NCBI GenBank assembly: GCA_038087875.1
Contig: CM075989.1
Coordinates: 18,292,001 to 18,356,000, forward strand
Length of the DNA stretch: 64,000 bases
DNA from: Malacoraja senta
Lineage: Eukaryota
Direction of reading: 5' to 3'
Every line of letters begins with the position of its first letter. The first letter of the stretch is position 1. A model generated the notes under the pieces. The model had not been told where the DNA came from. It did not search any database and saw nothing but the letters and a program-made list of their open reading frames with translations. This document shows, in pieces, positions 50,509-64,000 of this stretch. The position numbers were made by a program, and so were the translations under genes.

Positions 50509-53164
50509 TGGTAACAGCTGGGAAGAAAATGACCCCGAATCTGGACGTGTGCGTTTTCACAATTCTATACATTCTGCCCAATGGAAGAGGGGAGAAGAGG
50601 AAGTGGCCAGGGTGCGACTTGTCCTTGATTATGCTGCTGGCCTTGCTGAGGCAGCATGAAATGTAAATGGAGTTTATGGAAGGGAGTGTGTTGGAAAGAA
50701 CTGTAGATGTTGGTTTAAATCGAAGATAGACACAAAAAGCTGGAGTAACTCAGCAGGACAGGCAGCATCTCTGGAGACAAGGGAGGTTGATTTATGTGAT
50801 GGTCTGGGCTGCGTCTACAATTTTCTGTCATTTCTTGCGGTCTTGGATGGAGCTCTTCCAAAACCTTGCTGTGATGCATCCCGATAAAATGCTTTCTACG
50901 GTTCACCTGTAGAAGTTGGTGAGAGTTGTTGGGGAAACGCCGAACCTCCTAAGCCTTCTAAAGAAGTAAGGCGTTGGTGTGCTTTCTTGGCCATTGCTTC
51001 ATATGGGTGGTCCAGGAGAAAGAAGTTGGGGATATTTACTCCGAGGAACATCACCTCTCCATGTTCTCCAGAGATGCTACTTGACTCGTTGAGTTACACC
51101 AGACATTTGGTGTCCTTTCATGTAAACCAGCACCTGTATGTAGTTCCTTGTCTCTACCAAGCGCACAGGCGAATTGTGTGCAGGGATCAGTGTAAGAAAA
51201 TAGTTACTAACCGGCAGAAGTGATGGCAAATATAAAAATAACTGAAGGGTCACCATTATCAAAGGAAAGAGAAATATCACAATATCTTGGCTGACAAAAC
51301 ATCGATTTCAAATACTTACAAAGTAGAGAGGAGATGAAAAACAAATAGAGTTTTCTTCTGAAGCACTGACAATAAATCCAAGAGTGCTGCTTTAAGTAAA
51401 AATCAAAGGCTATTATGTCCTGATACAATTAGCACAAACGCAGTGGAATCAGTTTCCAAAGGGGCAGCAAAAATGCATGCAGGTCGAACGAGAAGCTGCA
51501 GAAGCAAGTTTATTCTCATGAAGAAAGTCACGAATTTCACCAATATGTTGCTCAACATTTATCCTATTTAGCAAATACAGCAGTGCTAAGACTTTCTTGG
51601 ACATCTTATCACAAGTAGGATGTTCTGATCGGACTATCGGTCTTTAGAGGGTGGTGAATCTGTGGAATTCTTTGCCACAGAAGGCTGTAGAGGCCAAGTC
51701 AGTGGATATTTTTAAGGCAGAGATAGATAGATTCTTGATTAGTACAGGTTTCAGAGGTTATGGGTAGAAGGCAGGAGAATGGGGTTGGGAGGGAGAGATA
51801 GATCATCCATGATTGAATGGCGGAGTAGACTTGATGGGCCGAATGGCCTAATCCTACTCCTATCACATGACCTTATGACTTGTGGCTAGAGGATTGAATC
51901 CTGATCTTCTCGATTCTAATTGTATTTTCGCAAGTTCCTCCCCAGACTGTATCCGGAGGGGCCATCTGTTTCCACTCGGAGGGTGGTTGGTATATGGAAC
52001 GAGCTGCCAGAGGTGAGGCGAGTACAATAACAATATTTAAAAGAAATGTGGACAGAGACATGGATAGGAAAGGTTTAGAGGGATAGTGGCCAAACGCAGG
52101 TAAATGGGACTCATTCAGATGGGGCATCTTGGTCGGCATGGACGAATTGGGTTGAAGGGCCTGTTTGACTCTGCGATGCAGCTCCAAGAAGATGAATCTT
52201 TTATTGCAACGGCATTGAAGCCTACACCTGAAAGTCAGAATAGCAGCAGTATATGCAATAGATCAAGGCATTCTGCATGTCCACCAAACAGTGTAAGATG
52301 ACAGGTAGACACAAAATGCTGGAGTAACTCAGCGGGGCAGGCAGCATCAACAGTTCTTTCCTACACACTAAGTAATACCGAGTTTGAAGAAGGGTCTCAA
52401 CCCAAAACATCACCTATTCCTTTTCTCCAGAGATGCTGCCTGTCCCGCTGAGTTACGCCAGCATTTTGTGTCTACCTTCGATTTTACCACCATCTGCAGT
52501 TCTTCCTTACACACTGTAAGATGGCATTCGGGCAACTGCTCAGAAGCTGAGGGACAGATCAAGGCTTGTACATAATTAGAATGGAAACTTGAGAGACCAA
52601 TGCATAGTTCTGAATGTCGTTGAAGTTTCATTTCTTCAGGTGTCATACTGCCAATACAGACAATAGACAGTAGGTGCAGGAGTAGGCCATTCGGCCCTTC
52701 GAGCCAGCACCGCCATTCAATATCAACATAAAAAGCAAAACCTTTCTTATAATTTTTTTTCCCAATACAGATTGTGGAAGGTGCCTGGAATGCGCTGCCA
52801 GGGTTGGTGGTGGAGGCAGATACAATAGTGGTGTTTAAGAGGCTTTTGGATAGGCACACAAGTTGTGCATGCGGTGGAGAGATATGGACCACGTGCAGAG
52901 GAGATTAGTTTCACTTGACATCATTTGGGCACAGACCTGGTGGGCCGAAGGGTCTCTTCCTGTGCTGTACTGTTCGATGTTCCATTGAAGTACAAGGTCA
53001 ATACAAAAAACACTGCATGTTGCTGCAGTCTGATATCTTCTGGTGTTTATTTCCAATAAAAACCCTTTTTAAAAAATAATTCAGATGATGTGGGTTGCTG
53101 GTGCCAGGGCCTATAATTGCTCTTGCCCTCAAATGATTTTGAACTGAATTGCCACTTCAGTTCT

Positions 53165-53537
53165 GATCTTATTGAAACATATAAGATCGTTAAGTGTTTG
53201 GACACGCTAGAAGCAGGAAAAATGTTCCCGATGTTGGGGGAGTCCAGAACCTGGGGCCACAGTTTAAGAATAAGGGGTAGGCCATTTAGAACGGAGATGA
53301 GGAATCTGTGGAATTATTGAATCTGTGGAATTCTCTGCCTCAGAAGGCAGTGGAGGCCAATTCACTGGATGCTTTCTAGAGAGAGCTAGATAGAGCTCTT
53401 AAAGATAGAGGAGTCAGGGGATATGGGGAGAAGGCCGGAACGGGGTACTGATTGTGGATGATCAGCCAGGATCACAGTGAATGGTGGTGCTGGCCCAAAG
53501 GGCCGAATGGCCTACTCCTGCACTTATTGTCTATTGC
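53165..53537 (+). mobile_element. CR1 LINE 3' fragment
   Basis: DLIETYKIVK.LDTLEAGKMFPMLGESRT.GHSLRIRG followed by a CR1 3'UTR. Confidence 0.88.
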
Positions 53538-56500
53538 ATGGATGTCTCAATTGTCACATCTTTAACAGGTATCCATGTACATCAGGTACCATGTTAATAG
53601 CTGTGTAGATGAAGGGTTTCTTCCTCCTTCAACCACGGATGATCGTAGCGTCCTGGCCTCACTATCTCAACGTTTAAGAAACGTTTGGACAGGTACATGG
53701 ATTAGAGGGATATGAGCCAAGAGCAGTCAGGTGGGACTAGTTTCGATGGGCATGTTGGTCGGTGTGGGCAAGTTGGGCCGAAGGACTTGTTTCCATGCAG
53801 CACGACTCCATCACCTGCGATTTCACCAGTTACCTCAGCAGAAGTGGGCCCAAATTCTGGACTCTCTGATCCCAGTAGCTGCTCACCAGTTATCTTTTAT
53901 GCCATCTTAGGAATGTTAACATTGAGAATTTGCCACCATCTTAAAGTTGCACTTCACATTACACCCTTTATTTTTAAAAAAAGGGCTCGGACACACAAAA
54001 TAATTCTCAACCACAATTCAGTTCTGCTGTTTCTACTGACCAAGCATTGAAACTTGAAGAAAAATGCCTATTCCAATACGAATACCGTGTAACTACAACC
54101 AATAGATTTGAAGCCAGAAAATGGATTAACTGCAGTGCAATTTCTTTTCCTAAAAATCTATATTTTCAACAAAATCAAGGCTTGTCTGAAAACATGCCAC
54201 TTAATTCTGCGTTAATATAACAAACATGGAATACAAAGAGGCTAGCCTAGCGGTAGAGCTGCTGCCTTCCAGCACCAGAGACCTGGGTTCGATCCTGACT
54301 ACGGGTGCTGTCTGTGCAGAGTTTTACGTTCTCCCGGTGACCTGCCTGGGTTTTCGCCAAGATTTTCGGTTTCCTCCCACACACCAAAGACTTACAGGTT
54401 TAGAAACATAGAAAATATGTGCAGGAGTAGGCCATTCGGCCCTTCTAGGTAGCACCACCATACAATATGATCATGGCTCATCATCCATTATCAGTACCCC
54501 GTTCCTGCTTTTTCCCATATCCCTTGATTCCGTTAGCCCCAAGAGCTAAATCTAACTAGGTTTGTAGGTTAATTAGCTTGGTATATATGTATCGCTAGTT
54601 GGCGTGGACTCGGTGGGCCGAAGGGCCTGTTTCCACGATGTATCTCAAAACTAAACTATTCCAGCCAAACTATTGGAATTGCTCAATCTGTGGGAAAGTG
54701 AAAGCAACAACAGTTTATCCAGAGCTTTGCTGATTTCTTGACCTTACTTAAACTTGCCTCCCTCCAGACTGCTGATGCAGCAAGATGGAGAGATGTTGTC
54801 CAACACTCACCAGCCACAAATTGATTTGTATGCTATCATGCAGATCTCTTGTAGCTTCCTATACTACAAATCTCTCGGACATGTTGCACGGTCATCAGTT
54901 ATTTGTCACTCGTGATACAGATGCTACTGTTTCCACAACTGGGAAATACTGATCTTCCAAATGTAATAAGATTATCGCTGACTAAAAGCCGACGACCCTG
55001 ATCTCATTTACCCAGAGCAGAGTTTCACAACACTGCACAGTGTCTGTATATAGAAACCCCATCTGTCTGACTCTGGGCTGAGGCAATCAATGCTCCAAAC
55101 ACAGCAGAAAGGGTTAGACACAAAATGCTGGAGTAACTCAGCGGGACAGGCAGCATCTCTGGACAGAAGGACTGGGTAACGTTTCGGGTCGAGATGTCAC
55201 CCATTCCTTCTATTCAGAGATGCTACCTGTCCCGTTGAGTTACTCCAGCATTTTGCATCTATCTTTGGTGTAAACCAGCATCTGCAGTTCCTTCCTGCTT
55301 ACAAAGGGATAGATGGCTCACAAAGATAACAAAGAATATGTCTTCCTCTATCATGATTTATCGTGAAAAACATCTAGTTATTGCACAACATACATTTCCA
55401 AATAGTCCCATTTTCACTGACTGATTTTTCACTTGAATGCAAATTTTGAAAAGAGGAATAGTTTGAAAATTAAAATAGGGTCGTAAGAGTCATACAGCAC
55501 AGATACACATCCGTTGGCCCAACTTGTCCACGCTGAACGAGATGCCCCATCAATGCTAGTCCCATTTGCCTACGTTTGGCTCATATCCATTTAAACATTC
55601 CCTACCCATGTACCTGTCCAAATATATTTTAAATGTTGGTATTGTACCTCCTTTAGTTCCATATAACCACCACCACCCTCTGTGTGACAACATTGCTCCA
55701 AGGTTCCTATTAAATCTTTCCTCTCTCACCTTGAATCTCTGTGGTCTGGTCAAGATTGTCATAAGTAGAGACATCGGAACAATCAGTTCCCTCCTCTCTA
55801 CTTTCAGTCTGAAGAAGGGTCGTGACCTGAAACGTCATCCATCCTTTTTCTACATTGATGCTGCCCGGCCCGCTGAGTTACCCCGGCATTTTGTGTATGT
55901 GCCAGCATCTGCAGTTCCTACACATCTACACATTGGATTCTTGGGTCACGGTTCATAAGTTCATAAGCGATAGGAGCAGAATTAGGCCATTAGCCCCATC
56001 AAGTCTACTCCGCTATTCAATCCTGGCTGATCTATCTCTCCCTCTTAACCCCATTCTTCCTGCCCCCTCCCCATAACCCCTAACACCCATTCTAATCAAG
56101 AATCTATCTATTTCTGCTTTAAAAATATCCATTGATTTGTCTGCCACAACGTTCTGTGGCAATGAATTGGTTGTTGAGATAACTTACAATAAAATTGTGT
56201 AAACGTCTCCATTTATCATCTCAAAGGCTTTTGTTGCTTTTGGCTGAAAACAAGTGGGAAGAGTTGGGAGTTTGCACAGTGTTACCGCAAATAATGTTGA
56301 GCACATCTTGAAACAAGATTTGCTAATATTCAGCTCGTCTGTGTTATTTTAAATATTTTATGTACAGTTGACCCAGTGACCTACTGATCTGCATTACAAA
56401 AGATGGAGCAAAGAAATGATTCTTACCTTAAGTTGGTGCTCACTGCTGGTACTTTACAATATACAGAATCTTTGAGGGAAGGAACTAACCCAAAATGAGC

Positions 56501-57244
56501 CGCCATCTTAGAATGGAGATGAGGTGCAATTTCCTTCGACAGTGGGTGGTGAACCTGTGGAATTCATTGCCAGAGATGGCTGTGGAGGCCAAGACATCGG
56601 GTATTTTTAAAGCGGAGATTGATAGGAAGGAACTGCAGATGCTGGTTTAAACCAAAGACAGACACAAAAAGCTGGAGTAACTCAGCGAGACAGGCAGCAT
56701 CTCTGGAGAGAAGGAATGGGCGAGGTTTCGGGTGAGACCATACTTCTTGATTAGTAAGGGCGTCAAGCAGGAGAATGGGGTTGAGAGGGAAAAATAGATC
56801 AGCCATGATTAAATGCCGTAGTAGACTCGGTTGACTTAATGGCCGGATTCTGTTCCTATGTCTTATCGTCTTACTTTTGTAATCAAAGGAATCTGGACAA
56901 GAACTAATGCACACAGTACTGAGTCTGTGGCTGATCTCTGGACACTAATAGTGGAGGTTGTGCAGAGAAACTCAGCAAGGCAGCAGAGGAACTGATGTCA
57001 ATCTCAAGAACAGCATTAGCAGCCGACCTCTGAAAGAGCAGAGCATATGTAGCTTAGCTCAGTACAACAGTGGAGCATCTGAACTTAATCTCTGTGTGGC
57101 GTCACAGGAGGATCAGGAGCCAATGTGTACAGCCATGTAGAAGATCTTGGCTCAACGCAGTGAACTAACCAAGAGGATCACGGGCCAATTTCAGCACAGT
57201 AACATGTTCCTCCCCACCTCAATATTCTTATCCCAAAATGAGCA

Positions 57245-57557
57245 GGGAGGCACGGTGGCGCAGCGGTAGAGTTGCTGCCTCACAGCATCAGTGACCCATG
57301 TTCGATCCTGACTACAGGTGCTGTCTATACGGAGTTTGTACGTTCTCCCCGTGACCTGCGTGGCTTTTCTCTGGGTGCTCCGGTTTCCTCCCACACTTCA
57401 AAGACGTGCAGGTTTGCAGGTTAATTGGCTTTGGTAAAATTGGCCCTAGCGTGTGTATAGGGTAATGCTAGTGTAAGGGGTCATTCGGCGGCACGGATTT
57501 GGTGGGCCGAAGGGCCTGATTCCGTGCTGTATCTCGAAACTAAACAAAACTAAACTG
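57245..57557 (+). mobile_element. HE1-type V-SINE, full length
   Basis: tRNA-like head, V-domain, CR1-like tail and (TAAAC)n end. Confidence 0.9.
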
Positions 57558-57682
57558 AACAATGGAGCAGCAGAGCATGCATGGCCAGATGTTGGATAAT
57601 GCTGACCTCAGCACAGGGAGTCTCTGGAGCCAGACTCAATACTCCTGGTCTGGGATAGAGAAAGGTCCAATCCCTAACTAGT

Positions 57683-57710
57683 CTGAAGAAAGGTCTCGAC
57701 CTGAAACGTC
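57683..57710 (+). ncRNA. Minimal hammerhead motif with compensatory stem II change
   Basis: CUGAAGA-A-AGGUC(UC)GACCU-GAAAC-GUC, in which the outer G-C pair is replaced by A-U. Confidence 0.65.
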
Positions 57711-58659
57711 ACCCATTCCTGCTCTCCAGAGACGCAGCCTGTCTCCAGCTTTCCGTGTCTGTCTAAGAGATTGCGACAATAGTTGGACGTAATTGGGGCG
57801 AGGTCTGGTGTAAAGCTTTTCACGGTACCTCGGTACACGTGACAATAAACTAAACTGAATTGAAACAGAAGTACAGTCCCTCCCACAGCTGAAGAGTTTG
57901 CAGAATATCACCGTTTATGTTTACAACTAAAATTAGCCATAGAATGGCAGCTAAGATGCTGGAGGGCTTTTGGCATCTATGGAACTTTTGCCTTCAGAAC
58001 TAACAAGGGAAGGGCGGACAGAAAGGCAAACTGATCATTATTGCTACTTAATATGTAGGCTTTTAAAAAAAAAGTAGAATGAACATGGAATACCACTGTA
58101 GAAACAAAAGATCCGCAGATGCTGGCTTACACCAAAGATAGACACAAAGTGCTGGAGTAACTCAGCGGGTCAGGCAGCATCTCTAGAGAGAAATGATGGG
58201 CGATGTTTCGGGTCGGGACCCTCCTTCAGACTGAAAGTAGGGGGTGGGTAGGTGAACAGCTGGAGGCAGAACCCCTCCCATTCTTTTTCTCCAGCACTCC
58301 AGTAACCCGCTGAGTTACTCCAGCACTTTGTGTCTGCCTATGGAATACCATTGTGTAGGTATTGTGTACCATTGTGGAGCTACAGATGCTGGTTTACACT
58401 GAAGGTGGACACAAAATGCTGGAGTAACTCTGCGGGTCAGGCAGCATCTCTGGAGAAAAGGAATAACTGACATTTCGGTTTCTTTGTTTAGAGTGAGCGA
58501 CAATTCTTTCAGTGACAGCACAGTGCGAAGAGAGGACAATACTCAGACAAGAATGTCATATATTGAAGGTTGCCAACTTGCAACTCCCGACAAATTAACT
58601 CAACATTTTCATCTACCCAATTAAAGTCTCTCTACACCAATCTTGGAAACATTCCCTTA

Positions 58660-58972
58660 AGTGATAAGAGCAGAATTAGGCCATTCGGCCCATCAAGTTT
58701 TCTCCACCATTCAATCATGTCTGATCTGTCGTTCCCCCTTAACCCCATTCTCCTGCCTTCTCCCCATAACCCCCGACACCGTACTAATCAAGAATCTATC
58801 TATCGCTGCCTTAAAAATATCCATTGACTTGACCTCCACAGCCTTCTGTGGCAATGAATCCCACAGATTCACCACAGTAAAGAAATTCCTCCTCATCTCC
58901 TTCCTAAAGGAAGATCCTTTAATTCTGAGGCTGTGTGCTCTGGTCCTAGACTCTCCCACTAGTGGAAACATC
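58660..58972 (-). mobile_element. CR1 LINE 3' fragment
   Basis: MFPLVGESRTRAHSLRIKG...NLWDSLPQKAVEVKS.DIFKA.IDRFL followed by a 3'UTR. Confidence 0.9.
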
Positions 58973-59314
58973 CGCTTTATCCAGGCTTTCCCTATTCATA
59001 TTGCCTTGAATCACCTCCTCCCCTTACCAGGCCTAAAGCTCCCCTTCAATCAGTTGGGGACGATGCCTCCAACAGTGAAGGTCTCATTCCCCGCACTTTC
59101 CCCTCACCCCCTCTGCCCTTCCAATCTTTAGACATTTTGACTTTAGACATCCAGCCCTCCAGCCCACGCTGACCAGCGATCTCCCCGTGCACGAGCACTA
59201 TCCTACACATTGGGACCAATTTACAATTTTAGCCAAGCCACTCAGCCTACAAAGCTGTGCATCTTTGGAGTGTTGGAGGAATGTGGAGCATCCGGAAACA
59301 ACTCCACACAGGTC

Positions 59315-59758
59315 CCAACGCGGGCGGCGCTGACAGACATTGCGGTGTCCTGGGGCCGCCAGTGTTGAATCTCCGCCCGGCGCGGCCTGGGGACGTCGGG
59401 AGCTGCGGACTCCGGCGGGAAGCGGCCGTTTTGGAGGTCCAAGCCGCTGAGGTTGGCCTCCAGTCCCGACGTCGGAGAGCCAACATCCCGGCGAGCGGGC
59501 CCGAGCGGCGGGCTGCCCGTAGCGGCGACTGCGGAGGGCTCCGGAGGCCCCGACCACGGGTGAACATCGAGGAAGAGACTGACTTTGGTGCCTTCCCTCA
59601 CAGTGGGAAACTTTTGATTCTGCTGGGTGGAGATGTTTTATGTTGAATTCTATCGTGTGTTATGTCCTTTATTTTTATTGTCTGGCTGTATGGTGATCAC
59701 ATTTCACTGTGCCAACTGGCACATGTGACAAATAAATATATCTTGTATCTTGTATCTT
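59315..59758 (+). mobile_element. GC-rich short retroposon with a Rex1-like 3' tail, inserted in a minus-strand HE1 SINE
   Basis: GTC is duplicated at 59312-59314 and 59759-59761. The 5' part is CpG-rich, and the 3' end reads atttcactgtgcc...cacatgtgacaaataaa plus (TATCTTG)n. Confidence 0.7.
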
Positions 59759-62700
59759 GTCACAGGGAGAAAGTACAAACTCCGTACAGACAGCGCCCAT
59801 AGCCAGGATTGAACCCGGGTCTCTGGCACTGTGAGGCAACAACTCCACCGCTGCGCCAATCCCTGACCCCAGCAAAAGACTCAATAGTAGCCCCTCCCAA
59901 GCGTTTGGGTCACCCCTATCTGTCTCATTTTCAGCTCAGCACCGACCCTTCCTGCAGTCTGCAGTATTTCACCGAGTATTTCACACCGTGTTCAGCATTT
60001 TAAGAATGATTTTTAATTGGGAATAATGGACTCATATTCAGATTGGAGACATGATCACACATGGCAACCATTCCCATGACATTCAGTGCACTAATTCAGT
60101 CTGACTGACCCGAGGTGTCACCATTTGTATAATTTGATACAGTACAGGCTGGAAATTACTGCATTATCTGTGTAAAATGCATAATGTCTTTGTGTGACAT
60201 TCCTCTGCTATTTTAACAGAGGCAGAAATCCATTTAAAACAAATGGGTCAGAGCCTCCATTAATCTGATGGACAAAGGAATGTAATTTAGAAGTGTTATG
60301 CATTCATCGGTCAGTGGCACACCAAGCATCTCCACCTCACACATTCATTAACAAGAAACAATGCATAAAGACACGGTGAATCGTATTGCCTGAGATTAGA
60401 CAACCAGGCACATTGACATGACCTCCTTCATCTTTCCACAAATTCATTTTTCCACTCCTCCTTTCCACAAGTTAATCTTTCTTCAAAGAAATTTGGTTGG
60501 CATGGGCAAGGTGGACTGTAGGGCCTGTTTCCATGTAACAAAATGGAAACGCAGATGCTGATTTCTGCCGAGTTATAGGCCCAAAATGCTGGAGTAGCTC
60601 AGCGGATCAGGCAGCATCTCTGGAGAATATGCATAGGTGACGTTTTGAGTCGGCTGTCCAACCACCTCCTATTGGAAACACCCCCCCTCGCCTGTATCCA
60701 CCTATCACTCACCAGGCTTCGCCCTGCCCCTCCACTCTGCCAGCTTTCTTTCTCCCCCACCACAATCAGTCTGAAGTTGGGTCCCGACCCGAAGCGTCAT
60801 CTACGCATGTTCTCCAGAGATGATCATAAGATCATAATACACAGGAACAGAATTAGACTATTCGGCCCACCAAGTCTGCTCCGCCATTTGATCACGGCTG
60901 ATCTATTTTTCCATCTCAATCCCATTCTCCTGTCTTCTCCCCGTAACCTTTGACGCCCTTAATAATCCAGAAACTATCAATCTCCTCTTTAATAAACACC
61001 CAATGACTTGGCTCTCATAGCTGTATGTGGCAATCAATTCCACAGATTCACCATTCTTTGGCTAAAGAAATTCTTCCTCATCTCCGTTCTATGCTGCCTG
61101 ATCTGCTGAGTTACTCCAGTGTCTCTCTCTTACTAAACTGGATTCTGAGGGGGGGGGGTTGCTGGGGAGCCTGAGGCGATCACTTGCACCAATTGTAGCA
61201 TTTCTCCCACTGCAGCTACCTTGGTTAAATCTGAGCAGGCTGCTTACAGACCCAGGTCTGTTGCTGCTTCGTCTACCATTTTACACACACACACCCACTC
61301 AGCTGCTATTGTTGGGATGAATAAATCTTTTTTGACGTTCAGGATTTAAAAAAAGTATCCATATTTTCCAATACATTGGCACATATAGTGGACTACAATA
61401 GCATGTGGACACAAGGAACTGCAGGTACTGGAGTCTTGAGGAAAACACAAAGTGCTGGAGGAACTCAATGGGTCAGGCAGCAGCCATGGAGGGAGTGAAC
61501 CTACAACATTTCAGGTCAGGACCCTTCTTCAGAGAATTACTTCTTCATTGCTGACAGAAAAAATCCAAGCCCTTTGATTTCAACATCCACGGCATTTTCC
61601 TTAACATTGTCCTTTGTTCTTCTGGTGCGGAGTGTAAATATGTTCCTCTATTACTGATTCACCAGCAGGAATAGCCATTTCCCTTACATATTATTGATCA
61701 TTAAGAGTAATGAACACTTAAATATGCTCCGAATTTAAATTGGGAAGAAATGTTCGCTCTCTGCCGACTCTGCACAAATTCACTCAAACTGCACGGTGTT
61801 CCATTATCATTGCAAATTAATGAAAGTCCATCTGTTAGAAATTGCCTCCATTTCCTACTGCTGAGATCTGATAACAAAATTGAGCAGCTCGGTGACTGTG
61901 CACTGTCGGGGAGAGGCCCAGTGATTAAAATGGATTTCATGAGGTTGAGCCAACAAGACTTAGATCTGTCAATAGACACAACAAGCTGGAGTAACTCGGC
62001 GGGACAGGCAGCATCTCTGGAGAGAAGGAATGGGTGACGTTTCGGGTCGAGACTGAAGAAGGGTCTCCTCCCACACCTGACTCAACTACCTCTTCTGTCC
62101 CGCTGAGTTACTCCAGCGTTTTGTGTCTCTCTATGTTTCAAGATGTTTGTGAACCGATATCATCCAGTACAGACTATGGAAGCCTTTTACCTAAATAACC
62201 ATCGCCATTTTCACATATGAGCATCCGGCAGAGTAGTGAACCTCCTTCAGACTAGTGAACAGCACTCATTAATGTTGACTAAAAGTGTTGCACCTCTCGA
62301 CCCGTGTTGCCATGGTATCACACGTTCAATTTACTCTGAAATTGCTCCCACTTCCATTCAGTACGGAGTTGGATGATTTACCAATTTAGAAAACTGTCCT
62401 TTCCTCTGAGGAAGAGAGGTTAGTCCAAGGCTGGAGGAGCTCAGCTGCAAGAATGCCTGATGAAAGGACACAGTGCATGGTTCAGCCTCAATACCAAAAG
62501 TCACCCCTTCCTTCTCTCCAGAGATGCTGCCTGTCCCGCTGAGTTACTCCAGCATGTTGTGTCTATCTTCAGTTTAAATCAGCATCTACACTTTCTTCCT
62601 ACACATAATGTGTTGTTATTGGACTGTTTTGAACTGGAACTATGGGCCAACAGCACAGGAAAGTTGACAACCAGCAATAAATCATCAACCAGGAACTATT

Positions 62701-63851
62701 CTTTACAGGGTTGGATGTCACTGTACATTTCACTGTACCTAGGTACGTAACAAGTGTAGTTTAGATTGTTTTTAGTTTAAAGATACAGCGCGGAAACGGG
62801 GCCTATGGCCACCGAGACCACGCCGACCAGCGATGCCCGAACACTAACACTATCCTACACACACACGCACACACGAGGGACAATTTACAATTATACCAAG
62901 CCAATTAACCTACAAACCTGTACGACAATGTCCCGACGTAGTCAGGATCGAACCCGGGTCTCTGGCGCTGTAAGGCAGCAACTCTACCGCTGGGCCACCG
63001 AGCCACCCAACACTCGTTTGCAAATCCTGTTATAGTTCAGTTCTCCTTCCATGCAAGTGGCAGAGAGCAGTACACAGAGTCCCATCCAGGCCCCTGTCGA
63101 ACTAGTCACAGTCCTCATCGTACAAGTCACAGGTCGGTTTCACATTTGCCGACAATCTTCGTGAAAGTGCAACAGCACAGCCTGTTGTTATTCTGCGAGC
63201 CTGCCTCGTCCCAACCAGTCAAACATTCTTTACATCTCTGCTATGCTGGTTGGCTCGGCCTGAAGTACTGAGCTCCAGCGGCTACGTTAACAAAGGATTG
63301 ATTTATACCCACTTGTCTTGCCTGCCCCTTCTTCATTGAGCAATAGTGCAGAGGAATACTGCCAGAAACCATGCTCAGCATCAAGGGCCAATTTAAAAGA
63401 CTGCAACACGCAAGTTCAAGAAATACAATGCAAAGAAAAACCAGCCTATTCACACTAGTAACTGCAGAGGCTTTTGTGAAATGTTCATCTCCATCTCAGC
63501 TCTCTCTCTCGAGGCATAATAGTGCCCTGTTCCCTCATCCTGTATCGCTATATTGTTATTTCTTATGGAGCACTGGGATGTTGTAACTTCAGTACCAGTA
63601 AGCTGCTCATCGATTATATTCTGCAATCTTAGAAAAATGTCAACATTGACAATTTGCTGCCATCTTCACATTACGCCATTTATAAAAAGGGCTCAGACTC
63701 TTCATCATGTGTATGGACAGATCCGAAGCTGAACGTTCTGTTCACGGCATTCGTTAGTATCGCGCTTTCAAATTATTGCTGGTTCAGGGAAGAAAAGTCC
63801 AATAATTAGGGATTCAAGAGATCAGGAGAGTGTTGGCTTGTCACATGCAGC

Positions 63852-64000
63852 TAGGGTTGCCAACTGTCCCGTATTAGCCAGGACATCCCGTACATTGGGC
63901 TAAATCGGTTTGTCCCAAGTGGGACCGTCCTTGTCCCGTATTTGACTGCTACTACTCGGGTCGAGGGGACTGTCGGGTCGGAGTGTCGCGTCCGGCCCCG
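63852..64000 (+). mobile_element. End of a hAT (Blackjack-like) DNA transposon, truncated by the window edge
   Basis: Begins TAGGGTTGCCAAC followed by repeated TGTCCCG/GGGAC subterminal motifs. The other end is not visible. Confidence 0.6.

Larger units (their letters stand above)
49670..51040 (-). mobile_element. Rex1/Babar LINE 3' fragment hosting nested insertions at 49924-50508
   Basis: Rex1 3'UTR at 49670-49920 continues after 50510 (aacagctgggaagaaa). ORF remnants at about 50780-51040 on the minus strand include YFFRRLRRFG. Confidence 0.75.

Noticed and set aside
50435..50666. Poly-Asp and poly-Met ORFs
   Set aside because: They are produced by the (GAT)n retroposon tail.
59198..59646. 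Four overlapping ORFs of more than 100 aa
   Set aside because: Stop-poor GC-rich repeat with no recognisable domain.
63241..63453. ORF with a signal-peptide-like N-terminus
   Set aside because: Short, with no downstream domain or splice support, so likely chance.

Overview
Repeat-dense intronic or intergenic DNA from a cartilaginous fish, most likely a skate or ray (inferred from HE1-type V-SINEs and their CR1/HER1-type partner LINE tails). I found no recognisable host protein-coding gene. Almost all ORFs in the track are by-products of repeats. The largest feature is a structurally complete but coding-defective DIRS1-type tyrosine-recombinase retrotransposon (35733-40504). It has gag-like, RT, RNase H, Dam-like methyltransferase and YR remnants, inverted terminal repeats, and an internal complementary region that is still a perfect match to both ends. 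The most pervasive hidden signal is an abundant short element derived from the end of a Penelope-like retroelement (GIY-YIG C-terminus at 26570-26644). It carries a minimal type-I hammerhead ribozyme motif (CUGAnGA-a-stem II-GAAACGUH), with roughly 20 intact or decayed copies on both strands as hairpins, tandem dimers and solo copies. Also present are five PIF/Harbinger MITEs, a P-element-like insertion with an 8-bp TSD, a probable solo LTR, Rex1/Babar, RTE and CR1 fragments, a hAT end, microsatellites and several local duplications. All calls were made by eye and coordinates of degenerate repeats are approximate.
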